Source of the DNA: an uncultured Candidatus Bathyarchaeia archaeon
GTDB taxonomy: Archaea; Thermoproteota; Bathyarchaeia; Bathyarchaeales; Bathycorpusculaceae
DNA: 64,000 nucleotides
Reading direction: 5' to 3'
NCBI GenBank assembly: GCA_964573785.1
Contig: CAZNKF010000002.1
Coordinates: 35,142-99,141 of the forward strand
Part shown: positions 10,728 through 18,660 of the stretch, one piece after another
Layout of the letters: each line of letters starts with the position of its first letter
Position numbering within the stretch: the stretch's first letter is position 1
The notes under the pieces: model-generated
Told to the model about the DNA's origin: nothing
Database searches by the model: none
The model's input: the letters and a program-made list of their open reading frames with translations, nothing else
Translations under genes and position numbers: made by a program

Positions 10728-10852
10728 TGGCGCCGGGGAGGGGATTCGAACCCCTGCGAGCCCGAAGGCCCACTGGCTCACTTGTCAAAGCCCCATTTTA
10801 GGCTGCTTGGCGGATCTCGAGGCCAGCGCGTTAACCACTCCGCCACCCCGGC
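10728..10852 (-). tRNA. tRNA-Ser(CGA) with an intron of about 37 nt in the anticodon loop; CCA encoded
   Basis: Minus strand reads GCCGGGG..GCG-AGTGGTTAA-CGC..CTGGC-CTCGAGA[intron]GCCAG, then a long variable arm GGGCC-TTCG-GGCTC, then AGGGG-TTCGAAT-CCCCT-CCCCGGC-G-CCA. The anticodon is at 10817-10819 and the intron is approximately 10779-10815. Confidence 0.85.
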
Positions 10853-10873
10853 CCTCAAAGGGTTAAGAACGTG

Positions 10874-10886
10874 TTTATTCTAAAAA
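10874..10886 (-). promoter_or_regulatory. TATA-like box upstream of tRNA-Ser
   Basis: The minus strand reads TTTTTAGAATAAA, centred about 28 nt upstream of the tRNA 5' end at 10852. Confidence 0.45.
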
Positions 10887-10890
10887 GGGT

Positions 10891-11694
10891 TTACGCCTTC
10901 AAAAGCGACGGATAAAGCCACCTCTTTCCTTTAACTTGCTTCCTTTTATCCCATTCATGTAGAATTTTCACTGCCTCGTTGGCCACTTTTATGGCTTCTT
11001 CCTCACCCTCGCCCGGTTTGAACTCGCCAGTGCATCGGTCGGCGTAAACTGCGCAGACTGCACCAGCCCTTAATCCGTAAAGGTTTGCAAGCGTGTAGAG
11101 AGTGGCTGTTTCCATTTCAAAGTTTAGGACGCCAGCCTTCTGCAAAACTGGGATAATGTTAGCTGTTCCGGTTTTGGTTGGGCGGTTCTGCCCAGCGTAG
11201 AAGTCGGATGTTGTGGCTGTAACGCCTACATGATAATTGCTTATGCCAAGGCTTTCAGCCGCCTCAATCAGCGCCAGCAAAACTTCGTAACTGGCGGTTG
11301 CGGGGTATTCTGGCATTATGTAGCAGTTGCTTGTGCCGTCGAGGCGAACAGCAGCCGATGAAATAACAATGTCACCGCATTTTACGTCCTTTTGAATGGC
11401 ACCGGAACTTCCAACACGGATGAACGTGTGGACGCCTATGGCTGAAGCCTCATTAACAACTATAGCCATACACGCCGGTCCAATACCACTTGAAATAGCG
11501 GATATTGGAACACCCTTATAAGTGCCCGTAACACTTCGAAACTCTCTGTGGCATGAAATTTCTTTTGCTGAATCCCAGAGTTTAGCTATTTTGGGAACAC
11601 GGTCTGGGTCGCCTGGAACGAGCAAATACTCTGCCAAATCGCCCTTTCCACAAGCTATGTGATACTGTTTGCCACTTGCCCTAGATTGGTGCAT
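10891..11694 (-). CDS. udp: uridine phosphorylase (PNP/UDP family)
   Basis: 267 aa. LLVPGDPDRVPKIA, SHREF-like CHREF, IRVGSSGAIQ and NFEMETATL parallel E. coli Udp. Confidence 0.8.
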   Translation of the reverse strand: MHQSRASGKQYHIACGKGDLAEYLLVPGDPDRVPKIAKLWDSAKEISCHREFRSVTGTYKGVPISAISSGIGPACMAIVVNEASAIGVHTFIRVGSSGAIQKDVKCGDIVISSAAVRLDGTSNCYIMPEYPATASYEVLLALIEAAESLGISNYHVGVTATTSDFYAGQNRPTKTGTANIIPVLQKAGVLNFEMETATLYTLANLYGLRAGAVCAVYADRCTGEFKPGEGEEEAIKVANEAVKILHEWDKRKQVKGKRWLYPSLLKA

Positions 11695-11698
11695 ACAG

Positions 11699-12694
11699 TT
11701 ACCTCTCGATCTGCAGTTTCTTAGGCATTGCCAAGTCTGCTATGTCCACGCTATGCTCGTATATTTGATGCAAGGTTGAAACTGCAGCCAGAAGATGGGG
11801 CATTACTTCAAGGCTTTGCCCTTTAGCACTTTTTTCAATAGCCGCCAAGGCTTTTTCTATTTTCTCCCTCATGTTCCGCACATCTTCTGCCAAGCCAGCA
11901 TCACCAGCAAAGAAAGCCTTTAAAGCGTTTTCATGAGCCTCAAAGCAGAGAGAATGAAATTCAACAATAAGCCTCTTCAATGCTTCATCCAGCTTTGCCC
12001 CTTTCAGCTCAGACACTTTAAAGGCTGTACGAACGCATTCGTCGCCTATAGTTTCCACAAGGCTAGCGGCTAAACGGTAGTCGAGGCACTCGATTGGCTG
12101 TACTCCAAGCTTTTCGCTTAAGCTTGGATTCTGAATAATTGTTCGCAAAATCCTTACAAGAAGAAAGTAAAGCCTATTAACCTCCTCGTCACGGGCTATT
12201 ACGCTTTTCGCCATATGCACATCTCCGTCGACAAGCGCGTTTACAACATCCCTATGCATGCCTGCAACTATTGAATAGCCCCTTCTCAAAATTTTCTCGG
12301 GTGGAAAACTGGAAGGTTCAAGTAAGCACTGCAAAACAATCTTTGAATAGTCCTCCTCAACTATTTCGAGGCCCACTAAGCGACTGGCCGCTTTCTTAAC
12401 GCTTTCGCGAACCTCAAAGCTTATGGATTCCTTCCCCTCAACGCGAATAATATCAAATCCAAGCAAATACTTCCCAACAATTTCACGGCTTAAATATGGC
12501 CCAGGTTTTAAGACAATAGTGCGGGGGGAGGGAGCAGCCCCATATTCCGGGTCTATAAGAAGCTTGCCATCAGAGGTCTCGTTTACCGACACAACAGATC
12601 CGCGTTTCAATCCATACCTCTCAGCCCAATCCTTGGGTATGCAAACGAAGAAGGTGCCGCTTGGTGTCCGCTGAATCTTGCGAATAGTACCCAA
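11699..12694 (-). CDS. PhoU-family regulator with N-terminal AbrB/SpoVT-like domain
   Basis: 331 aa. The N-terminus (RKIQRTPSGTFFVCIPKDWAERYGLKRGSVV) is AbrB-like. The remainder is helical repeats typical of archaeal PhoU homologues. Confidence 0.7.
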   Translation of the reverse strand: MGTIRKIQRTPSGTFFVCIPKDWAERYGLKRGSVVSVNETSDGKLLIDPEYGAAPSPRTIVLKPGPYLSREIVGKYLLGFDIIRVEGKESISFEVRESVKKAASRLVGLEIVEEDYSKIVLQCLLEPSSFPPEKILRRGYSIVAGMHRDVVNALVDGDVHMAKSVIARDEEVNRLYFLLVRILRTIIQNPSLSEKLGVQPIECLDYRLAASLVETIGDECVRTAFKVSELKGAKLDEALKRLIVEFHSLCFEAHENALKAFFAGDAGLAEDVRNMREKIEKALAAIEKSAKGQSLEVMPHLLAAVSTLHQIYEHSVDIADLAMPKKLQIER

Positions 12695-12778
12695 TTTGCA
12701 TCACACCATAATGTATGTACGTTACGGCGAGTATTAACAGATTTAAAACAAAACTTCAATATATAAACTTAAGTATAA

Positions 12779-13375
12779 GTGTTGAAATTGAAAAGCAAAG
12801 TTATAATTGGTATAGACTTAGCTGGAAAAGAGGAAAACCCAACAGGATTTGCAGTTTGGCGAAACAAAACTGTGAAAACATGCCTAGTTTACACAAACAA
12901 GGAAATTTTGGAAAAAGTATTTCACGTAAACCCAAAAATTGTGGCAATAGATGCTCCTTTGAAACTTCCAAAAAATGGAATTTTTAGAAAAGCAGACAAG
13001 ATGCTCATCGAAAAGGGTTACCGCGTTTTTCCACCAGGCTTGCCAGCCATGGAAAAGCTAACCCTTCGGGCAATTGAGCTAAATAGGTTAATAACAGAGC
13101 GTAGCATACAGACAATAGAAGTGCACCCTACCTCAACGAGAAAGGCTCTAGGCATGCCAACAAAAGACTGGAAAACAATTCAAAATATCCTAAAATGCAC
13201 AGGTCTAGATGGATCTCTAAGCGAGCATATGTTAACGCCGCACGAAATAGATGCTATAACTGCAGCCCTAACAGGCTACCTCTACATGAAAGGCTTAACA
13301 GAAATTGTGGGCGACCACAAGGAAGGCTACATCGTGGTTCCAATAAAGCAGGATTGGAGAAGGATAAGGCTATGA
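12779..13375 (+). CDS. DUF429 / COG2410-like predicted RNase H-fold nuclease
   Basis: 198 aa with a GTG/TTG start. IIGIDLAGKEENPTGFAV and IVAIDAPLKLP are typical of the family. Its stop codon overlaps the DP1 start (ATGA at 13372-13375). Confidence 0.6.
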   Translation: MLKLKSKVIIGIDLAGKEENPTGFAVWRNKTVKTCLVYTNKEILEKVFHVNPKIVAIDAPLKLPKNGIFRKADKMLIEKGYRVFPPGLPAMEKLTLRAIELNRLITERSIQTIEVHPTSTRKALGMPTKDWKTIQNILKCTGLDGSLSEHMLTPHEIDAITAALTGYLYMKGLTEIVGDHKEGYIVVPIKQDWRRIRL

Positions 13376-14940
13376 ACTCTTTAGAAAGGCTTCAAAGGGC
13401 TGTGGAACTCACCATTGCAGCGGGATATCAGCTCAATAAAGAAGCCTTTGAATTCCTAAACGATGTAGCCGCAATTGAAGACCCTGTGGAAATTGTAAGT
13501 AAAGCCTTGGCAAAAATTGAAACGTTGAAGGAGAAGCCTCTCTTCATCGAAAGAAGCTTTCTAGAGGAGCTTGTAAAAAAGCCTGAACGAATTGCCGCTT
13601 CCACAGTAGAGCCGCAAACAGAGACGGAGCATTTCTTAGCCCCGCCAACGCAATCGCAGTCGATCCTTGAGGGGAAAAGGCTTTTCCGCCCATATGCAAA
13701 AGAGGTGGAGGCTGAAATTAAAATAATTGAGGACCCGGGCAGCAAACTGGGCACAAGCGGAACGGTGGAGGATTACCTTGAATATTTCAGAGACAGGTTC
13801 AAGCGAATCGAAAGGTTGCTGAGGCAAAGAATGGACGTGAAAGGCGCGGCTTCGGTTGCTGATGCATTAAGGGCTCCACCCAACACGAAGCTTAAAGTAA
13901 TCGCCATGATAACGGAGAAAAGGGAGGCAAAACAAAGGATTCTTTTGACAATAGAAGATTTGAGCGCAAATGCCACTGTTTTGGTGCCGCAAAATGCTCC
14001 ACTAGAACTTTTAACCAAAGCCAGAACTCTTTTGCTGGACCAAGTTATCTGCATTAGTGTATCTAAAACCAGAGGAGACTTGCTAATAGCCGAAGACATC
14101 GTCCTTCCAGACATCGCCCCCAAAAATCAAAATAAGGCTCCGGTTCCGGTCTATGCCGTGCTAACTTCAGACATGCATGTGGGCAGCGTAAAATTCCAAG
14201 AACATCTTTTAAACAGGTTTCTTTTGTGGCTTAACGGCAAATATGGAAATGGGCAAATGCAAGAAATAGCCAACCACGTGAAATATGTTTTGATAGCCGG
14301 CGACATTGTTGACGGAATAGGCATCTACCCAAACCAAGCTAAAGAACTTGCCATAAAAGATATTTATGGGCAATATAGGCTAGCTGCAAAACTCATCAAG
14401 CAAATCCCAGACCATATCGAAGTGGTAATTATACCTGGAAACCACGACGCCCCAAGGAAAGCTTTACCTCAACCACCAATATCCAGCGCGTTCTTAGAAA
14501 AATTGCAAGACATGAGCAACATCCACTCCTTCGGAAATCCATGCCTCCTAAGCCTTCACAACGTAGAAATGCTAATGTACCATGGCCGCAGCCTCGACGA
14601 CATAATATCTAAAGTCCCAGGGATAAACTATACCCAGCCAGAAAAAGCCATGACATTACTTTTACAGTGTCGACATTTGGCTCCAGTTTATGGTGGGAAA
14701 ACTCCATTGGCGCCGGAAAGCAGAGACTGCCTTGTCATAGAACGAGTACCAGACATCTTCCACGCAGGGCACATCCACACAGTTGGGCACACAAATTATA
14801 GAGGTGTTACCGTCGTTAACTCAGGCTGTTGGCAGGAGCAGACGGACTACATGCGGAGGCAAGGATTCACTCCCATGCCGGGCTTAGTTCCCGTGGTTAA
14901 TCTCCAAACATTAGACGTTAGGATGATCTCATTTACCTAA
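13372..14940 (+). CDS. polB: DNA polymerase II (PolD) small subunit DP1
   Basis: 522 aa from the ATG at 13372 (MNSLERLQRAVE...). C-terminal calcineurin-like phosphoesterase motifs are present (LIAGDIVDG, IIPGNHDA, FHAGHIHT). Confidence 0.9.
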   Translation: MNSLERLQRAVELTIAAGYQLNKEAFEFLNDVAAIEDPVEIVSKALAKIETLKEKPLFIERSFLEELVKKPERIAASTVEPQTETEHFLAPPTQSQSILEGKRLFRPYAKEVEAEIKIIEDPGSKLGTSGTVEDYLEYFRDRFKRIERLLRQRMDVKGAASVADALRAPPNTKLKVIAMITEKREAKQRILLTIEDLSANATVLVPQNAPLELLTKARTLLLDQVICISVSKTRGDLLIAEDIVLPDIAPKNQNKAPVPVYAVLTSDMHVGSVKFQEHLLNRFLLWLNGKYGNGQMQEIANHVKYVLIAGDIVDGIGIYPNQAKELAIKDIYGQYRLAAKLIKQIPDHIEVVIIPGNHDAPRKALPQPPISSAFLEKLQDMSNIHSFGNPCLLSLHNVEMLMYHGRSLDDIISKVPGINYTQPEKAMTLLLQCRHLAPVYGGKTPLAPESRDCLVIERVPDIFHAGHIHTVGHTNYRGVTVVNSGCWQEQTDYMRRQGFTPMPGLVPVVNLQTLDVRMISFT

Positions 14941-15494
14941 GATAAGCCGCGAGCAATTAGTCTAACAACACGGAGAGGTTCTGGCACACGACCGCAAACT
15001 GCAAAACTCCCTATAAGCCGGCTAGCCCATTTCGTTTCTGCACCCACAACCTCAACATATAATGGAGGTTCTTCAGCAAACACTTCCACCTTGTAGATAG
15101 GTCCTAATTTTGCAAAAACTTCCCAGCGCCTTCTCCAATCTCTAAAATGCCGAATGAGCGCCAGTTTGACCGCCTTGTTGTCGGGTTTTGTCCTCGCTAC
15201 AACAATAACGGGTTTGCTAAACCCTTCGTAGAGAACCATGGGATCTATGAGGTTAAAGCCGGCAAAGGATACTCCAGCAAGCATGACAGCCTCAAAATCC
15301 CACTGATTTAGAATGGTTGCAGCTTTCTCTGTTGCATCTAGGCCGTCAACAGTTATTCTCTTGAAGGCTACATCCTCAATCTTTAAGCCTTTAAAAAGGA
15401 CAGCGGCTAAAAGTGCCTTTTTAGTAACGCCTTTTACAAATCTTCCATCCTCAATTCCTACTACCCGCATCTTTTGAAAGGCACTTCGGTTCAT
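14937..15494 (-). CDS. DUF99 / UPF0215 family protein (endonuclease V-like fold)
   Basis: MRVVGIEDGRF near the N-terminus and the overall size fit the archaeal UPF0215 family. The start is ambiguous (ATG at 15494 or 15470); either choice overlaps the 3' end of cdc6. Confidence 0.55.
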   Translation of the reverse strand: MNRSAFQKMRVVGIEDGRFVKGVTKKALLAAVLFKGLKIEDVAFKRITVDGLDATEKAATILNQWDFEAVMLAGVSFAGFNLIDPMVLYEGFSKPVIVVARTKPDNKAVKLALIRHFRDWRRRWEVFAKLGPIYKVEVFAEEPPLYVEVVGAETKWASRLIGSFAVCGRVPEPLRVVRLIARGLS

Positions 15495-16701
15495 AGTCAA
15501 TCAGGCGTCCAAGCCTATTGTCATTAGAGAAGGCTTCTTTAATAAGGGTGCGTGTCACCTCCATGCGGATCTTTTTCGTCCGTCCATAACGCCCCATGCT
15601 TACAACTTGCGCGTTCAACAGTCCCAAAGAGTCAAGTTCATTAACTAATGTGCTTACACGCCTTTGAGTTAGAGGGGTCACAGCCAATTCGCTGCATAGT
15701 TCATTGTATACTTCGTATATTTCGCCGGTGACGGCGCGATAACCGTTCGCCCTAACAAGGTGATAGACGCTAAGCATAACAAGCTTCGAGTGCAAGGTCA
15801 AATTTGCCAAAGCATCAACAACCCTATTATGCTCTATAAGCCTTTCAGCCTCGCGGACATGCTCCTCTGAAACAGCGCTTGCACCCCTCCGCTCTGCAAC
15901 CTCACCCGCAACCCTAAGCAAATCCAAAGCCCTCCGAGCATCTCCATGTTCGGCAGCAGCCAAAGCCGCACAAAGGCTAAGGGCTCCTTCATTAAGAGCG
16001 CCTTCACGAAAAGCCATCTGCGCCCTCTCAGCCAAAATATTCCGCAGTTCAGCCGCATTATAAGGTCTAAAAACCATTTCCTCTTCACTTAGCGAGCTTA
16101 AAACGCGAGGATCTAGGAACTCTTTTAGGCGCAGGTCGTTAGATATGCCGATTATAGAGACCTTGCTACGGGTTAATGTTTCGTTGATTCTTGTAAGTTC
16201 GTATAAAAGGATGTCACTCCGTGCTTTTACTATGGCGTCAACTTCGTCGAGGGCTATAATCGCTATCCCTTTTGTAGAATCTAAGCCTTGCTTAAACCTA
16301 TCAAAAATCTCACCCAAAGATAACCCCGTAAACGGAACCGTGAGGCGAATGCTTTGGCATAGGCTCGCAAGAACCCTATACTCTGTCCCAGCTAAACGGC
16401 AATTTACATAACAAAAACTTACTGATGCCCCAATTTCTTTCGCCTTTGCCTCTAACCGGCTCAAGACATACTTTGTAACAGCGGTCTTACCAGTCCCTGT
16501 TTTCCCATATACAAAAATGTTGGAACATCGCGCTCCCTTCAGAACTGGTGCTATGGCTTCTCCAAGTCTTCTGATTTGATCTTCACGGTGAGGAAGCCTT
16601 TCAGGCAAGTAATCATGACGAAGAACTTCCCGATCTTTAAACACACCCATTGTACTACAAAATCTATTGAACACTTCGTCAAGTATATTCACATCACTCA
16701 T
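15451..16701 (-). CDS. cdc6: Orc1/Cdc6 replication initiator
   Basis: 416 aa. LPHREDQIRRL, Walker A VYGKTGTGKTAV, Walker B IIALDEVD, and a C-terminal winged helix. Confidence 0.95.
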   Translation of the reverse strand: MSDVNILDEVFNRFCSTMGVFKDREVLRHDYLPERLPHREDQIRRLGEAIAPVLKGARCSNIFVYGKTGTGKTAVTKYVLSRLEAKAKEIGASVSFCYVNCRLAGTEYRVLASLCQSIRLTVPFTGLSLGEIFDRFKQGLDSTKGIAIIALDEVDAIVKARSDILLYELTRINETLTRSKVSIIGISNDLRLKEFLDPRVLSSLSEEEMVFRPYNAAELRNILAERAQMAFREGALNEGALSLCAALAAAEHGDARRALDLLRVAGEVAERRGASAVSEEHVREAERLIEHNRVVDALANLTLHSKLVMLSVYHLVRANGYRAVTGEIYEVYNELCSELAVTPLTQRRVSTLVNELDSLGLLNAQVVSMGRYGRTKKIRMEVTRTLIKEAFSNDNRLGRLIDYEPKCLSKDAGSRN

Positions 16702-16728
16702 TGGCTTCTCCTTCCTCCAATGTTACAA

Positions 16729-16739
16729 TTCGCTGGAAA
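16729..16739 (-). promoter_or_regulatory. possible mini-ORB in the cdc6 upstream region
   Basis: The minus strand reads TTTCCAGCGAA, a partial match to the TTTCCAGTAGAAAC core. No G-string. Confidence 0.25.
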
Positions 16740-16853
16740 GCATTTACGCCCTTTACTTCAGGGGTAATAAGATAAGGTATATCATACAGAAAAATGAACC
16801 AGCAACAGAAAAATCCTAAAAATAATAAATGCTCTTTCATCGAAGAAGAGAGA

Positions 16854-16877
16854 CACCCCTTGACTTCAACTGGAAAA
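16854..16877 (-). promoter_or_regulatory. ORB box 1
   Basis: The minus strand reads TTTTCCAGTTGAAGTCAAGGGGTG (dyad core plus G-string). Confidence 0.7.
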
Positions 16878-16880
16878 TCT

Positions 16881-17038
16881 TAAATTTACTAATTATGATT
16901 TTTCTGTTTCTTCAAGAAGAAAATACTCTGAAAGGTTAGATGGTAGGTTAAAGTAAAAATGTTCTCATAGAAGTTTTTAGTTTAAAACGAAAACCTTTTT
17001 TAACAATTTTTAGCTGAATTGTCAGCTTTATTTTTCTC
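16881..17038. other. AT-rich duplex unwinding element between inverted ORB1 and ORB2
   Basis: By hand count there are 39 G/C in the 160 nt from 16881 to 17040 (about 24% GC). The stretch is flanked by ORB boxes in inverted orientation. Confidence 0.65.
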
Positions 17039-17060
17039 TTTCCAGTAGAAACCATGGGGT
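17039..17060 (+). promoter_or_regulatory. ORB box 2
   Basis: The plus strand reads TTTCCAGTAGAAACCATGGGGT, close to the published archaeal ORB core TCCAGTGGAAAC with a downstream G-string. Confidence 0.75.
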
Positions 17061-17171
17061 AGCCCAGATACGTCCACCGCATAAGGGGGCAGCCAGATTC
17101 ATGTAAAGCACGGTACAAATGTTACGCCACGTTTATGTGTTCCTCAGATGAAGGCATACTTGAACTGTAGA

Positions 17172-17201
17172 TGTGTTCACCTTTTGTGAAAAACTTGTGA
17201 A
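17172..17201 (+). repeat. TGTGTTCACC-TTTTGTGAA-ACTTGTGAA module, copy 1
   Basis: tgtgttcaccttttgtgaaaaacttgtgaa. The same three elements recur at 17431-17476. Confidence 0.6.
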
Positions 17202-17280
17202 GTTTACTTGATTTTGATGTTTTTCCTTTTCTTGATTTCAATAGTGTTGCTATTTTTGTGTCTTTTTCCTGTGAAAAAGG

Positions 17281-17303
17281 CACCCCTTTGTTTCTATTGG
17301 AAA
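17281..17303 (-). promoter_or_regulatory. ORB box 3
   Basis: The minus strand reads TTTCCAATAGAAACAAAGGGGTG. Confidence 0.7.
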
Positions 17304-17430
17304 TAGCCAGTCCTATTTACATTTTCTTCCTTTTACCGTGAGCAATTTTTTGTGAAGATTGCAATAAAGAATCTTTGGAAATTTAACCCTTTATTCATTT
17401 TCAAACTGAAAAATGGCTTTTTCATTTCGC

Positions 17431-17476
17431 TGTGTTCACCACAACAGCTATATTTTGTGAAGTGCAAACTTGTGAA
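17431..17476 (+). repeat. TGTGTTCACC-TTTTGTGAA-ACTTGTGAA module, copy 2 (expanded spacers)
   Basis: tgtgttcacc-N12-ttttgtgaag-N5-acttgtgaa. It brackets a TATA-like ctatatttt about 60 nt upstream of the ATG at 17516. Confidence 0.6.
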
Positions 17477-17515
17477 AAGAATTTACAGGTGCAAGCAATA
17501 GTGCCAGCGAGGAAA

Positions 17516-17938
17516 ATGCGGATTGAAGTGTTCGATGGTGAAGGCAATAAATATAGCATAGCCTTTGAGGGGCAGATCACGCGGGATAAAGCCCTTCGCC
17601 TTTTAGACATGGTGGAACTATTGGGCGGAGTTGCAGCGAGCGGAACCAATCCCGGAGTTGGCATCACATCGTCCACTGAAAAATCAAAATACGATAAACT
17701 GTTGGTTACCCTTCAGAAGCATTTCCCAATAGTTTGGTTCTCCTCGAAAGATGTTCAAGTGGCTTATGAGCAAGAGTTTAAGGAACCAATAAGCCTTAGC
17801 ACGGTAGCCACTTACCTTTCTAGAATGGCGGGCAAAGGAATACTCATGAAAGCTGGTGCCTCTAACCGCCTCAAATATAGAATTGCCCCAAGTCCCCCTC
17901 ATGTCATAGTAAAGCAGCATATGCAGAATGAGGGTTAA
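17516..17938 (+). CDS. hypothetical protein with C-terminal winged-helix domain
   Basis: 140 aa from the ATG at 17516 (MRIEVFDGEGNKY...). The C-terminal segment LSTVATYLSRMAGKGILMKAGASNRLKYRI is wHTH-like. No family recognised. Confidence 0.55.
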   Translation: MRIEVFDGEGNKYSIAFEGQITRDKALRLLDMVELLGGVAASGTNPGVGITSSTEKSKYDKLLVTLQKHFPIVWFSSKDVQVAYEQEFKEPISLSTVATYLSRMAGKGILMKAGASNRLKYRIAPSPPHVIVKQHMQNEG

Positions 17939-17946
17939 TGAGCTTT

Positions 17947-18660
17947 CTAAGCAGTTTCTGGCTCAGCTTTCTTCAAAAGTTTCTCCATTTCCATCTTTAC
18001 ACTGTACTTGAAGGGAATTTTGCTTGAATCCCTTTCCAAATAGCCCTCCTCGTAAAGCTTCTTCATAAGCCTAGCCGTATGTTCCCTGCTAAGCCTAATC
18101 CTTCCTTTAATTTCTGGAGCTGTTTTAGGTCCTTCAGCAGCCAACATTTCTAATACCGCCAGCTCTGTTTCTGTTAATTTGGCTAGTGCTTTTTCCCTTT
18201 TTATTGGTATAGCTGCTTCAACTCCTAGTTCGGTAAATGCTGGCACTCTTTGGGTTTTTTCTTCAATGATGGAGACTTTAGCAAGCATCTCTTTATGCGA
18301 CTCAGTGATATCACGTGTCTGTTTTTCAACGGCGCTTAATCGCGCCAGCATACGCTCCTTATCCTCAAGAAACTCTTTCGCCTTGCCTTCCAATGCTTTT
18401 AGCCGAGCCTCCAATTCTCCAACATTCTTTAATGCAACAATGCCCTTTGAAGAAGCAGCTTCAACTTTGTAAGAAATGACTTGCAGGCTTTCTGTTGCAC
18501 GTTTAAGCTCTCTGCTAAAACTCAAGATTATATCATTAAATGCTTCCTTAGCCTTCTCATATTCCCTCCTAACTCTAACAAGACTCCTATAATACTCAAC
18601 AGCAGCGCCAACAGCCACAACCAAAAAAACACAAGAGACAAAAATTAAGAGGTCAATCAT
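17947..18660 (-). CDS. membrane-anchored coiled-coil protein with C-terminal MarR/TrmB-like wHTH
   Basis: 237 aa from the ATG at 18660 (MIDLLIFVSCVFLVVAVGAAV = TM helix). A long heptad-like helical region is followed by LTETELAVLEMLAAEGPKTAPEIKGRIRLSREHTARLMKKLYEEGYLER. Confidence 0.6.
   Translation of the reverse strand: MIDLLIFVSCVFLVVAVGAAVEYYRSLVRVRREYEKAKEAFNDIILSFSRELKRATESLQVISYKVEAASSKGIVALKNVGELEARLKALEGKAKEFLEDKERMLARLSAVEKQTRDITESHKEMLAKVSIIEEKTQRVPAFTELGVEAAIPIKREKALAKLTETELAVLEMLAAEGPKTAPEIKGRIRLSREHTARLMKKLYEEGYLERDSSKIPFKYSVKMEMEKLLKKAEPETA

Larger units (their letters stand above)
16702..17515. other. replication origin region (oriC)
   Basis: 814-nt non-coding gap next to orc1/cdc6. 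It contains three ORB-like boxes with G-strings and an AT-rich unwinding element. Confidence 0.75.

Noticed and set aside
10531-10788. 85-aa minus-strand ORF
   Set aside because: It overlaps the hppA start region and runs through the tRNA-Ser gene. The tRNA explains the sequence.
13195-13371. Upstream extension of the DP1 ORF (starting at 13195)
   Set aside because: It lies in an alternative frame of the DUF429 gene and has an Arg/Asn-rich low-complexity translation. The ATG at 13372 gives the conserved DP1 N-terminus and an ATGA junction.
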